In this document: positions 29,976 to 39,044 of the stretch, in pieces | Layout: each line of letters opens with the position of its first letter | Numbering within the stretch: position 1 is the stretch's first letter | From: Methylocella sp. | GTDB taxonomy: Bacteria; Pseudomonadota; Alphaproteobacteria; Rhizobiales; Beijerinckiaceae | Reading direction: 5' to 3' | Assembly (NCBI GenBank): GCA_036561105.1 | Contig: DATBPZ010000019.1 | Location: forward strand, 14,757-78,756 | DNA length: 64,000 nt | Notes under the pieces: model-generated | What the model was told of the DNA's origin: nothing | Database searches by the model: none | The model's input: only the letters and a program-made list of their open reading frames with translations | Program-made: the position numbers and the translations under genes

Positions 29976-30425
29976 TCACGCTTTTCCTGCCGCTCCGGCC
30001 CGGGAAAGTAAAGCTTCGAGCGCGAGTTCATAAGACAGTGCGCCAAAACCGACGATCACGCCAAGCGCGACCGGGGAAATCAACGACCTATGACGGAAAC
30101 TCTCCCGGGCATGAACATTCGAAAGATGCACCTCGACAACATCCGCCTTCGCTCCCTTGATCGCGTCTTGCAGCGCGATCGACGAATGTGAATACGCCCC
30201 GGCATTTAAAATCACTGGCTCGCCAGCGCGCCCAGCTTCCTGCACCCAGGTCACGAGATCGCCTTCATGGTTCGATTGGCGGAAGTATAAAAGAAGCCCG
30301 TGCGGCTTGCAGCGGGCGGAAAGATTCGCTTCGATGTCCGCAAGGGTCGCATGACCATAGGTTTCCGGCTCCCGTACGCCGAGAAGATTAAGATTTGGTC
30401 CATTGAGGACGTGGACGGCTTTCAT
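29976..30425 (-). CDS. aroQ: Type II 3-dehydroquinate dehydratase
   Basis: 149 aa. MKAVHVLNGPNLNLLGVREPETYG, NAGAYSHSSIAL, VEVHLSNVHARE. Conserved aroQ-accB-accC arrangement. Confidence 0.93.
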   Translation of the reverse strand: MKAVHVLNGPNLNLLGVREPETYGHATLADIEANLSARCKPHGLLLYFRQSNHEGDLVTWVQEAGRAGEPVILNAGAYSHSSIALQDAIKGAKADVVEVHLSNVHARESFRHRSLISPVALGVIVGFGALSYELALEALLSRAGAAGKA

Positions 30426-30576
30426 GGCGATTCTGGTCTCAGGAAATGCCTATCGCGTTTCCATAGCCGGGATCAAAACACAAGGGAAGCCTACGTCCTC
30501 CCCCCAAATGCGCTTGCCCCATACCGTAACTCGTGCGATAAGGTGTCAAACCATCTCAAAATAGCGGAATCCCAAA

Positions 30577-30822
30577 ATGATCAAGTTCGGTGCGGCCGTC
30601 GCCGGTTTGTGCCTTGGCGTGATGATGTTGCCGAATGCCTCCGAGGCAAGGCCTGTGGGAACCGTCCAGGGGCTGCCTTTTTTTGGCCTCCCCTATCCGT
30701 ACGGATACGTCTATAATCCGCCAAGAACGGAGTGTTACACCTTTCAGCAGGTTGAAACTCCAGACGGGCCGCGAATGGCTGCAGTATGGACTTGTGGCGC
30801 GCCTGTAACGGCCAAGTATTGA
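30577..30822 (+). CDS. Small secreted hypothetical protein
   Basis: 81 aa. Clear signal peptide (MIKFGAAVAGLCLGVMMLPNASEA), a Pro/Tyr/Gly-rich mature part and two Cys. No family recognised. Confidence 0.4.
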   Translation: MIKFGAAVAGLCLGVMMLPNASEARPVGTVQGLPFFGLPYPYGYVYNPPRTECYTFQQVETPDGPRMAAVWTCGAPVTAKY

Positions 30823-30866
30823 GCTTTTCCCCCCGTCACAATCGAAGCAATTCCGGGGACCAAATT

Positions 30867-30899
30867 CGTGCCTTCCGCAGCGGGACGCCGGAAGGCACG
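30867..30899 (+). terminator. Strong hairpin downstream of the small ORF (no U-tract)
   Basis: Perfect 11-bp stem CGTGCCTTCCG (30867-30877) / CGGAAGGCACG (30889-30899) with an 11-nt loop. No T-run follows, so intrinsic-terminator function is uncertain. Confidence 0.4.
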
Positions 30900-31300
30900 T
30901 GCCACCTAACGTGGCTTTGTCTGAGTTTCTGATACTGCTTCCGAGGCCATTGCTTACCTTTTTGTGCCATAGACGTAAGACGTGAGTCTTTACGGCTTCG
31001 TAATTTAGCGAAGCAGGAAAACATTAAGGTTAAATGTTAACTATGAAATAATAATATATGGTAGACGTTTTGCCATGTGAGAATAGGTCTGAGCCTGAAT
31101 TAAGATTCAAAAAGCATATTGGCCATTATTGATTTTTTGGTGGCGCGAAACATATCGTTTTCGCATTGCTCAATATTTTGAATTGGTTTATTTTTACGTG
31201 CTTGAGACGGAGAGCGTTATGCTCAATACCGCTCGCATAATGATTTTTTTCTCTCTTTTCATCGTGGTGGTTTCTACACGATAATGGTGAATTGAAACAG

Positions 31301-33583
31301 ATGCTGCAAATCAACAAGCGCTCACCGGATTCAAGCGACACCCCAAGCCGGCCTGAGGCTCTAATTGCGGATTCATTTAAAAATTTTTTGAGGGTCTTGA
31401 ATCGGCAGCGTCCAATTGCTTCCGTAGTATTTATCTGTTGTTTTGCTCTCGGAATGCTTTACTATGTTACGACGCCTGCAAGTTATACTGCAGGCGGAAC
31501 AATTGTCATTGATAAGCGAAAGCTTCAGCTGTTTCAGAAAGAATCGGTTTTAGGCGACGTTGACCTCGATACTGCAGCTGTTCAGACTGAGGTTGAGGTT
31601 CTCAAATCGGATAACATCGGCCTTGCCGTCATCCGCAAGCTCCAACTTACCGATGACCCAGAGTTCGCTGACACTCCAAAGGGACCAATTCGCCGGTTGA
31701 TTGCGGTTATCGGACGCTTGACCAAATTCTCGGAGGCGGAACGAGCGCTTTCGGAAATCGACCGGGAAAATGCTGCACTTCTTAAATTCAACGAGCAACG
31801 CACGCTCAGCCGCGTGGGCATGACCTATGTTATAGACATTGGCTTTACCTCTCATGACCGAGACAAGTCAGCGCGGATCGTCAATGCGATCGCGGACGCC
31901 TACATCGATGACCAATTGAATGCCAAATACCAGGCCACCCGCCGGGCCAGCCTCTGGCTGCAGGAGCGCATTGCGGAACTGCGCACCCAAGCGACGGCGG
32001 CCGAACGCGCGGTCTTGGATTTCAAGGGCAAAAACAACATCGTCGATGCCGGCGGCGGACGGCTGATCAACGATCAAGAACTCGTCGAGGTCAACAGTCA
32101 ACTCATCCTTGCCCGCGCTGCAACCGCCGAGGCAAAAGCCCGACTTGATCGGATTAATGCGGTCATGAAGCAAGATGTTGCCGATGCTTCGGTCGCGGAC
32201 GCCTTGAAAAGCGAAGTCATTATTAAGTTGCGCAACCTATATTTAGAGGTTGCCCAGCGGGAAGCCATATGGGCAAAAATGTACGGCGAGAACCATCTAG
32301 CGGCGATAAATCTCCGGACCCAGATGGAGCAATATCGGCGCAGCATCAAGGATGAGATGCGCAAGATCGCCGAAAGCTACAAGAGTGACTATGAAATCGC
32401 TCTGACGCGGCAAACAAGTCTTGAATCCAGTCTCGCCAATGTCGTGGATCAGTCGCACACTACTGGCCAAGCTCAGATCCAATTGCGCGAGCTAGAAAGC
32501 AACGCCGAAACCTCGCGTGCTCTCTATGACAGCTTTCTGCAACGCTATATGGAGGCGGTACAGCAGCAGTCCGTACCGATGAGCGAAGCGCGCTTGATCA
32601 GCCCTGCTTTGCGGCCAGTATCTAAGAGCGCCCCGAAATTATTAACTGTTTTGCTCGTAACTCTCGCGGGCGCGACCCTGTTGAGCTTTGGCGTCGCTTA
32701 TCTCCGCGAGGCTTGGGATGGGACGTTGCGGACCACTGGCCAAGTCGAGGACACGCTTCATTTTAATTGCCTGGCGATGGCCCCCGTGCTGGCGGCTCCC
32801 GCCACACGGATCGATTTACTCAGTGACGAAACGAAAGCCGTGCCCATGGATCGCAGAACCGCGGCACCCGGACAGGATTGGCTTCGCTATGCTGTCGATT
32901 CGCCGTTTTCTCGCTATGCAGAGGCAATCCGGTCGATAAAGATCGCCGCCGATTTGAGCGGCGCCCTCAAATCTCACAAAGTCATCGGAGTGACCTCGAC
33001 CTTACCAAATGAAGGCAAATCAACGATCGCCGCAAATCTCGCTCATCTCATTGCGGATGCGGGAGGAAGTGTCATTTTGGTCGACGCCGATCTCCGCAGC
33101 CCATCCTTATCCCGGAAATATTCACCCGACTCGCCTGGATCGATCGGCGCCGTGATGAGCACGATCTCGCTTCATGACGCCATCATACCTGTTCCCTTTA
33201 CGAGCTTGCATTTTTTACCAGCGGGAGCCACCGCAAGACTGCCACATACGAATGAAATTCTCGCGTCGGCGGCGTATAAGAAGATCATCGACGAGCTTCG
33301 CACGAAGTACGATTACATTATTGTTGACCTTTCGCCAGTCGCTCCCATCGTCGACGTTCGCGCCACGGGACACTTCATCGACACCTATGTCTACATCGTC
33401 GAATGGGGGCAAACGAAGATAGAGGTGATCGAACGCGGTCTCGCAGAAGCAGGTAATGTCACCAGCCGTCTACTTGGCGTGGTGCTTAATAAAGTGGATA
33501 CATCCACACAGAGCCGCTATGAGCATTATCATGGAAATAAATATCACCGGAAATACTACGCGAAATATGGCTACACGGAATAA
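31301..33583 (+). CDS. Polysaccharide co-polymerase / tyrosine autokinase (Wzc/ExoP/GumC-type BY-kinase)
   Basis: Track start is TTG 31292; ATG 31301 is likelier. Wzz-like N-terminal TM plus a long coiled-coil periplasmic region and a second TM. The C-terminal kinase has Walker A TSTLPNEGKSTIAANLA, A' ILVDADLR, B YIIVDLSP, and a Tyr-rich tail RYEHYHGNKYHRKYYAKYGYTE. Confidence 0.88.
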   Translation: MLQINKRSPDSSDTPSRPEALIADSFKNFLRVLNRQRPIASVVFICCFALGMLYYVTTPASYTAGGTIVIDKRKLQLFQKESVLGDVDLDTAAVQTEVEVLKSDNIGLAVIRKLQLTDDPEFADTPKGPIRRLIAVIGRLTKFSEAERALSEIDRENAALLKFNEQRTLSRVGMTYVIDIGFTSHDRDKSARIVNAIADAYIDDQLNAKYQATRRASLWLQERIAELRTQATAAERAVLDFKGKNNIVDAGGGRLINDQELVEVNSQLILARAATAEAKARLDRINAVMKQDVADASVADALKSEVIIKLRNLYLEVAQREAIWAKMYGENHLAAINLRTQMEQYRRSIKDEMRKIAESYKSDYEIALTRQTSLESSLANVVDQSHTTGQAQIQLRELESNAETSRALYDSFLQRYMEAVQQQSVPMSEARLISPALRPVSKSAPKLLTVLLVTLAGATLLSFGVAYLREAWDGTLRTTGQVEDTLHFNCLAMAPVLAAPATRIDLLSDETKAVPMDRRTAAPGQDWLRYAVDSPFSRYAEAIRSIKIAADLSGALKSHKVIGVTSTLPNEGKSTIAANLAHLIADAGGSVILVDADLRSPSLSRKYSPDSPGSIGAVMSTISLHDAIIPVPFTSLHFLPAGATARLPHTNEILASAAYKKIIDELRTKYDYIIVDLSPVAPIVDVRATGHFIDTYVYIVEWGQTKIEVIERGLAEAGNVTSRLLGVVLNKVDTSTQSRYEHYHGNKYHRKYYAKYGYTE

Positions 33584-33697
33584 CTGTTCGCCATCCGGTT
33601 GGCCTGGATCGAATGTACTGTAAGGCTTAACCACCATGCCCCTCGCCAGAACACGAGACGCATTTCCATTCGCGGGCTTCATTCTTTAAAATCAGCC

Positions 33698-35122
33698 ATG
33701 TTGAAAGCCACCGGCCACTTCGCTCCCATCCATGTGATTGGCGGCGGCCTTGCAGGAAGTGAGGCGGCTTGGCAGATCGCCCGAGCTGGTATGCCGGTGG
33801 TAATTCATGAAATGCGGCCCGCGCGGACAACGCCAGCGCATCACACCGGCAATCTCGCCGAACTCGTTTGCTCAAATTCGTTTCGCGCCGATGATCCGGA
33901 AACAAGTGCGATCGGCATTTTGCATCGCGAAATGCGGTACCTCGATTCGCTCGTCATGGCGTCCGCCGATGCCAACAAGCTTCCCGCGGGAGGCGCGCTC
34001 GCTGTCGACCGGGACCAATTTTCCAAGTTCATCACTGAAAAAATCTGCTCGGAACCCCTTATCGAACTCAGGCGCGATGAAATCGAAGGGCTGCCGCCGG
34101 ACACATGGGACAATGTGATTATTGCGACGGGGCCTTTGACATCACCATCCCTAGCGGCCGCTCTTGGCGCTTTGACCGGAGAACGGAATCTTGCTTTTTT
34201 CGATGCGATTGCCCCGGTCGTTCACCGCGAGTCGATCGACATGGACAAAGCGTGGCTCCAATCGCGCTACGACAAGCAAGGGCCAGCGGGGACCGGTGCT
34301 GATTACATTAACTGTCCGCTGACAAAGGATCAATATACGGCCTTCGTGGAAGCTCTCGTTGCGGCCGATAGATCCGAGCCGCATCCCTTGACGGGGGAAT
34401 TTGAGGACACACCATATTTCAATGGCTGCCTGCCAATCGAAATTATGGCGGAACGGGGCTGCGAGACGTTGCGGCACGGGCCGATGAAACCGTTCGGCCT
34501 GACCAATCCACACTCGGATGCTGCAGCAAAAGCCTATGCAGTCGTGCAGTTGCGTCAGGATAATGCGCTCGGCACACTCTATAATATCGTCGGATTCCAG
34601 ACCAAGCTAAAGCATCCCGCGCAGATCGAAATTTTCCGCACCATTCCGGGACTTGAAAACGCCCGTTTCGCGCGCCTCGGTGGAATTCATCGCAACACAT
34701 TTCTAAACTCTCCTAAGCTTCTCGATGATGCGTTGCGGCTCAGGGTGGCACCAAGACTGCGGTTCGCCGGCCAGATCACCGGCTGCGAGGGTTATGTCGA
34801 AAGCGCGGCAATCGGCCTCGCAGCGGGCCGCATGGCGGCCGCGGAGCGGAACGGAGAGGTTTTTCCGCCCTTACCTCCGACGACGGCACTGGGCGCCCTT
34901 ATCAATCATATTACTGGCGGGCACATCGCGATTATCGACGCGGGACCGCCGTCATTTCAGCCAATGAACGTGAATTTTGGCCTGTTTCCGCCGCTTGTAC
35001 AGGAAACGCATGGCGAGAAACGTCGGGGTGCAGAAAAAGGCTTGACGCGAAAGGCGGCCATGAGTCAGCGCGCGGCGCGAGATTTGGCGTGTTGGCTGAA
35101 CCAAGCTCCGGCAGCCGGATAA
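33698..35122 (+). CDS. trmFO: Methylenetetrahydrofolate--tRNA-(uracil54-C5)-methyltransferase TrmFO
   Basis: Track ORF 33599..35122; start set at ATG 33698 ([28 protein letters not shown]). TrmFO/Gid motifs [34 protein letters not shown]. Confidence 0.93.
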   Translation: MLKATGHFAPIHVIGGGLAGSEAAWQIARAGMPVVIHEMRPARTTPAHHTGNLAELVCSNSFRADDPETSAIGILHREMRYLDSLVMASADANKLPAGGALAVDRDQFSKFITEKICSEPLIELRRDEIEGLPPDTWDNVIIATGPLTSPSLAAALGALTGERNLAFFDAIAPVVHRESIDMDKAWLQSRYDKQGPAGTGADYINCPLTKDQYTAFVEALVAADRSEPHPLTGEFEDTPYFNGCLPIEIMAERGCETLRHGPMKPFGLTNPHSDAAAKAYAVVQLRQDNALGTLYNIVGFQTKLKHPAQIEIFRTIPGLENARFARLGGIHRNTFLNSPKLLDDALRLRVAPRLRFAGQITGCEGYVESAAIGLAAGRMAAAERNGEVFPPLPPTTALGALINHITGGHIAIIDAGPPSFQPMNVNFGLFPPLVQETHGEKRRGAEKGLTRKAAMSQRAARDLACWLNQAPAAG

Positions 35123-35133
35123 TCGCCGCAGGT

Positions 35134-35307
35134 TCAAAAAATCAAGCTTCCGCTCAAGACGCTAAGCGTCAGGAAGACCAAAAACACCACGAGGAAGACA
35201 AAGAATAAGATGCGCGCAACCCTCGCGAACGCCGTGGAAGTGCGCCTGAAGCCGAAAAGACCAGCGAAAATCGAGATAAGGAAAAAAATAAGCGCCCATC
35301 TCAGCAT
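35134..35307 (-). CDS. UPF0391/DUF1328-family small membrane protein
   Basis: Not in the track (57 aa). My translation is MLRWALIFFLISIFAGLFGFRRTSTAFARVARILFFVFLVVFLVFLTLSVLSGSLIF*. This is the typical DUF1328 pattern (two TM helices around GF.G....A). Confidence 0.6.
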   Translation of the reverse strand: MLRWALIFFLISIFAGLFGFRRTSTAFARVARILFFVFLVVFLVFLTLSVLSGSLIF

Positions 35308-35458
35308 TTGTGTTCCCCATTTAATTCCGTGGTGCCATTCGAATTGTCTCGAAAATTATAAGTGGCTTTAGTCTGCTCGAACCGAGGCCGTTCGCAAGCA
35401 AATTCGTGAGCACCTCGAATGTTCCAAGCGCCGCTCCTCTCGCCAGATAGCTCCTTGC

Positions 35459-36379
35459 CTACCAAGTGAAAAGCACTTCAGCCGCGAGGCCAGCGAAAAG
35501 GAGAAGTCCTGCGTCACGATTTGAGCGGAACAAACGTAAAGCAAGCGCATCATCACGAGGATTGATCCGCATTGTTTGCCAGCCAAGATGCAAGGCGAAA
35601 AGAACAAGACCGCTTTGCGCCAGCACCCCTGCCTTAGCGGCAAGCAAAGCCCCCGCAACGCAGAAAACCGCGAGCATGTAGAGAGAGCCAACACCCACGC
35701 GGACGCGGTCGCCGAAAAACCGGGCCGTGGATCCAATCCCGACGATCGCATCGTCCTCGATGTCCTGGATCGCATAAATCGTATCGTAACCGATGGTCCA
35801 AAACACCGCGCCAAGATAAAGCAGCAAAGGCGCGGGCGCGAGAAATCCCAAGGCAGCGGACCAGCCGACCAAGCCCCCCCATGCGAAGGCGGCGCCGAGA
35901 ACCGCTTGCGGCCATGAACTAATCCGCTTCATGAAAGGATAGAGGCCGACGATCGCAAGCGATGCGCATCCGAGAAAAATGGTGAAACTGTTGAAACAAA
36001 GAAGCACAGCAAGCCCGACGAGACATTGTGCGCCAAGAAAGAGTTTCGCGGTGCCGATGCCAGCACGCCCCGAAGCGAGCGGGCGTTGTTTGGTGCGCTC
36101 CACCTTCGCATCAATGTCGCGGTCGATGAGATCGTTGTAGGTCGAGCCAGCGCCACGCATTGCAACGGCCCCAATAAAAAACAAAATAAGATCGCGGCCA
36201 TGCAACGACCCATGCTGGTAAATGCTCGCGAGGGTGCTCGACCACCAGCATGGCAACAACAGCAGCCACCAGCCGATTGGGCGATCAAGCCGCGCAAGCT
36301 CCAGCAAGGGGTGCCAAGATTGCGGCGAAAACCGGAATATGAAATTTGCGGCAGTCACATTAGAGCGCTTTCCGATCAT
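35459..36379 (-). CDS. ubiA: 4-hydroxybenzoate polyprenyltransferase
   Basis: 306 aa. LELARLDRPIGWWLLLLPCWW and the UbiA Asp-rich motifs GAGSTYNDLIDRDIDAKVERT and YAIQDIEDD. Confidence 0.9.
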   Translation of the reverse strand: MIGKRSNVTAANFIFRFSPQSWHPLLELARLDRPIGWWLLLLPCWWSSTLASIYQHGSLHGRDLILFFIGAVAMRGAGSTYNDLIDRDIDAKVERTKQRPLASGRAGIGTAKLFLGAQCLVGLAVLLCFNSFTIFLGCASLAIVGLYPFMKRISSWPQAVLGAAFAWGGLVGWSAALGFLAPAPLLLYLGAVFWTIGYDTIYAIQDIEDDAIVGIGSTARFFGDRVRVGVGSLYMLAVFCVAGALLAAKAGVLAQSGLVLFALHLGWQTMRINPRDDALALRLFRSNRDAGLLLFAGLAAEVLFTW

Positions 36380-36425
36380 GTGGAATCACCTGATCGAAAA
36401 GAAATCGCTCAAAATCAAAAAGCTG

Positions 36426-36473
36426 GAGCATGTTCTGTTCGAAAAAGTCGACCAACTTTTTCGGAACATGCTC
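36426..36473 (-). terminator. Rho-independent terminator of the upstream minus-strand gene
   Basis: Long bulged hairpin GAGCATGTTC..CGAAAAAGT / ACTTTTTCG GAACATGCTC with loop CGACCA. On the minus strand it is followed by CAGCTTTTTGATTTTG. Confidence 0.6.
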
Positions 36474-36579
36474 TAATGGGAGTGGCAGGAGCGGGCGCGC
36501 CGTCGCGGAAAAACCCGGCGGCAACATCAGCCGGAGCGAGCTGTCCGGGCGATACCGTCCGCCCTGGGCAGACAGTGTA

Positions 36580-37026
36580 TCAAAGCGGGCCAGCGGGAAG
36601 CTTCTGCTGTGGTGCATTGAGCGCGCCAGAGGCCTGCTGCTCTTGCGCTTTTTTCATTTCGGCGGCCACCTTACAGGCTTGGTTGGCGACAGTGCTGGAT
36701 TTGCCGGTGCTCGCTGTAATATTCTGGAAAGCTTCGTCGGGAACCCCACACCATTCCTTGTTTTTCGTCAGATAGGCGAGAAGATCATGCTCGGCGGCGA
36801 CGAGGGCGCGCAGCTTAGGGCACGAGGCTACCGGGTCCAGCTGTTTCTTACCACCCTGGGCAAGTTGATTGAGCTGATCGATAATGCCCTGGCGCTTTTT
36901 GGTGAGTGCGCCGATATCCTGGTTGCAATCGATGGCATTGGCCGTGCCGCTGATGACCAATGGAATCAACGCTGTGATGACAAGCACGGCTTTACGCACG
37001 CCGCCATTTCCCTTATGTGGCATCAT
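36580..37026 (-). CDS. Secreted hypothetical protein (4 Cys, helical)
   Basis: 148 aa. Signal peptide VLVITALIPLVISGTANA, four Cys spaced through a helical-looking mature part, and a Q/A-rich tail. No family recognised. Confidence 0.5.
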   Translation of the reverse strand: MMPHKGNGGVRKAVLVITALIPLVISGTANAIDCNQDIGALTKKRQGIIDQLNQLAQGGKKQLDPVASCPKLRALVAAEHDLLAYLTKNKEWCGVPDEAFQNITASTGKSSTVANQACKVAAEMKKAQEQQASGALNAPQQKLPAGPL

Positions 37027-37221
37027 GATATGAGCCTTTCAGTGACGTTTTCGATGCGCTGACCAAGCCTTACTCTATTGTTCCTAAGTTACTGCCAAGA
37101 ACTGTAAGGTTTACCGGCAGCAATGCGACTTGTGAACCCATGCCGTGTCATATCAAAAAGTGTACCGCCCGCGCAAGCGTGGCCTCTTGTGGCGGGATCC
37201 GTCGTAACCTCGGGCGGCTGC

Positions 37222-37977
37222 ATGTCCCGCTATGATTTTTCTGCCCAGCGGCTTTATGTTAACGCGCCCCTCGCGGAGGCGACGCTTGTTGAGCTTGACC
37301 AAGTGCAGTCAAATTATGTCCGCAATGTGTTGCGCTTGAACGCAGGCGCTGTGATTCTTGTGTTTAATGGCCGGGATGGCGAATGGAAAGCGGCTGTTAC
37401 GGCCTCTCGTCGCAAGCTCGTGATCCTCGCCGTTGAGGAGATGACCCGGGCGCAGGAACCGCGTCCCGATCTGTGGTATTTGTTCGCCCCGCTGAAACAT
37501 GCCCGGCAAGACTACATGGTTGAAAAAGCCGTCGAGATGGGGGCTGGTCTGCTGGGGCCTGTGCTCACCCGCAGGACACAAACGCATCGAATCAATAGCG
37601 AGCGCATGCGTGCCCATACGATCGAGGCGGCCGAGCAATGCGGGATTTTGACAATTCCGGACATCGCGCCCGCAATCAAGCTCGATGCGCTGCTCGAAGC
37701 TTGGGACAATGACCGCCTGCTCATATTCTGTGACGAGGACGCCCCCTCGGGCGATCCCGTAACGACGCTGTGCCAACGGGCTGGCGCCAAAGGCCACGCT
37801 CCTCTTGCTGTCTTGATCGGCCCGGAAGGCGGCTTCGACGCCACGGAACGCGAGGCCTTGCTTGGCTTGTCGCAGGTCCTTCGCTTGTCCCTCGGTCCGC
37901 GCATTTTGCGCGCCGATACGGCCGCTGTCGCGGCACTCGCCTTACTCCAAGCGACCCTCGGCGATTGGCGAGGATAA
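37222..37977 (+). CDS. rsmE: 16S rRNA (uracil1498-N3)-methyltransferase
   Basis: Track ORF 37123..37977; start set at ATG 37222 (MSRYDFSAQRLYV). RsmE motifs NYVRNVLRL, FNGRDGEW, KHARQDYMVEKAVEMGA, IGPEGGF, LGPRILRADTA. Confidence 0.88.
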   Translation: MSRYDFSAQRLYVNAPLAEATLVELDQVQSNYVRNVLRLNAGAVILVFNGRDGEWKAAVTASRRKLVILAVEEMTRAQEPRPDLWYLFAPLKHARQDYMVEKAVEMGAGLLGPVLTRRTQTHRINSERMRAHTIEAAEQCGILTIPDIAPAIKLDALLEAWDNDRLLIFCDEDAPSGDPVTTLCQRAGAKGHAPLAVLIGPEGGFDATEREALLGLSQVLRLSLGPRILRADTAAVAALALLQATLGDWRG

Positions 37978-38033
37978 ACATTAACGCATCATTATATCGC
38001 CTCAATGTAGGGTCAAAAAATTGACCGTTAACA

Positions 38034-38402
38034 TTGCAAGAATCGTTCGGGCTTCAAATGAATTTGCATGAAATGATCGTTTCGGTTGGTTGCTGTGCGG
38101 CGGCTGTTTGGCTTGGCTTTGGCAGCTCCGCGCGAACGGACGAACTGCACTCAGCCAATGAGACAATCGCGCGCGAGCGGTGCGCCAGCCTACAGCCGGG
38201 CGCCGCGGCAGAAGACGGTTCGGGTTGCGACCGGATCGGCGGCCACGTCCGCGTCGATTTTGGCTCACGCTTGCCAAATCCATCCTCCTACGGCCGACCC
38301 ACGGCTTCTCCCGTTGCTGTGCGCGTGAATGAAGGCGCGCCGTCGCGAGCCCATCTCCGGTTGCCAGCGGGCAACCTCGGTTTCGATCCTTTCCGCCGCT
38401 GA
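38034..38402 (+). CDS. Hypothetical small exported protein (uncertain)
   Basis: 122 aa ORF (alternative ATG 38058). Hydrophobic N-terminus IVSVGCCAAAVWLGFG. No recognised motif. Coding status rests only on ORF length and the absence of a competing gene. Confidence 0.3.
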   Translation: MQESFGLQMNLHEMIVSVGCCAAAVWLGFGSSARTDELHSANETIARERCASLQPGAAAEDGSGCDRIGGHVRVDFGSRLPNPSSYGRPTASPVAVRVNEGAPSRAHLRLPAGNLGFDPFRR

Positions 38403-38485
38403 GGCAGGTTTTTCACGCTAGTGCGAAGATGGCCCGTTGATACAGCAACGACGTCAATTTACCAGCTGCTAGGAACCTCAAACGC

Positions 38486-39001
38486 TTAAAGCGGCTTACC
38501 GCCAGCCGGTGCACCGCCGAATTTCTTCAAAGCCGCGAAAGGCTCCTTCTCGGCAAAACCGCAGGCATTCATGTGCAAGGGTCGCTCCTTGCCATCGGCG
38601 AGCCAAAGATCGTGCACCTCTCCGTCGTCACTAACGCTGCTACGCCAGCAAACCTGTGCGCTGCCTTTGTTCGAATCAAAAAACACCGTCATCTGATTGC
38701 CGCCGCAATCTTGCGACTTGCACGACCATGCGGCAAAAACTCCCTTTTTGTCGCCAGCGACCGGACCTTCCGGACCATGCAGCTCTGTTTTGGAGAGCGA
38801 AAAATAATGCTCGCCCATCGCAGCGCGCATTGCAGCCTCGACGCCCGGCTGTTCCCAGAGAGACTTGCCGCCGACTAATGTTTCATCGGGATATTTGTCG
38901 AGCCACTGGCCAACCGCAGAGAGATCAGTTGCCATGACGGCCCCGCAAGTCATGCCAAGAATCGCGGCAGGCAACACGCTCCGAACGATCCAACTCATCA
39001 T
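38486..39001 (-). CDS. Ivy-family (inhibitor of vertebrate lysozyme)-like periplasmic protein
   Basis: 171 aa. Signal peptide, then WSCKSQDCGGNQMTVFFD, which parallels the E. coli Ivy loop SACKPHDCGSQRIAVMWS (from memory). Confidence 0.55.
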   Translation of the reverse strand: MMSWIVRSVLPAAILGMTCGAVMATDLSAVGQWLDKYPDETLVGGKSLWEQPGVEAAMRAAMGEHYFSLSKTELHGPEGPVAGDKKGVFAAWSCKSQDCGGNQMTVFFDSNKGSAQVCWRSSVSDDGEVHDLWLADGKERPLHMNACGFAEKEPFAALKKFGGAPAGGKPL

Positions 39002-39044
39002 GTTTCCTTCCTGCTATGACCGCTTGAGATACGGTTGCGAGACT

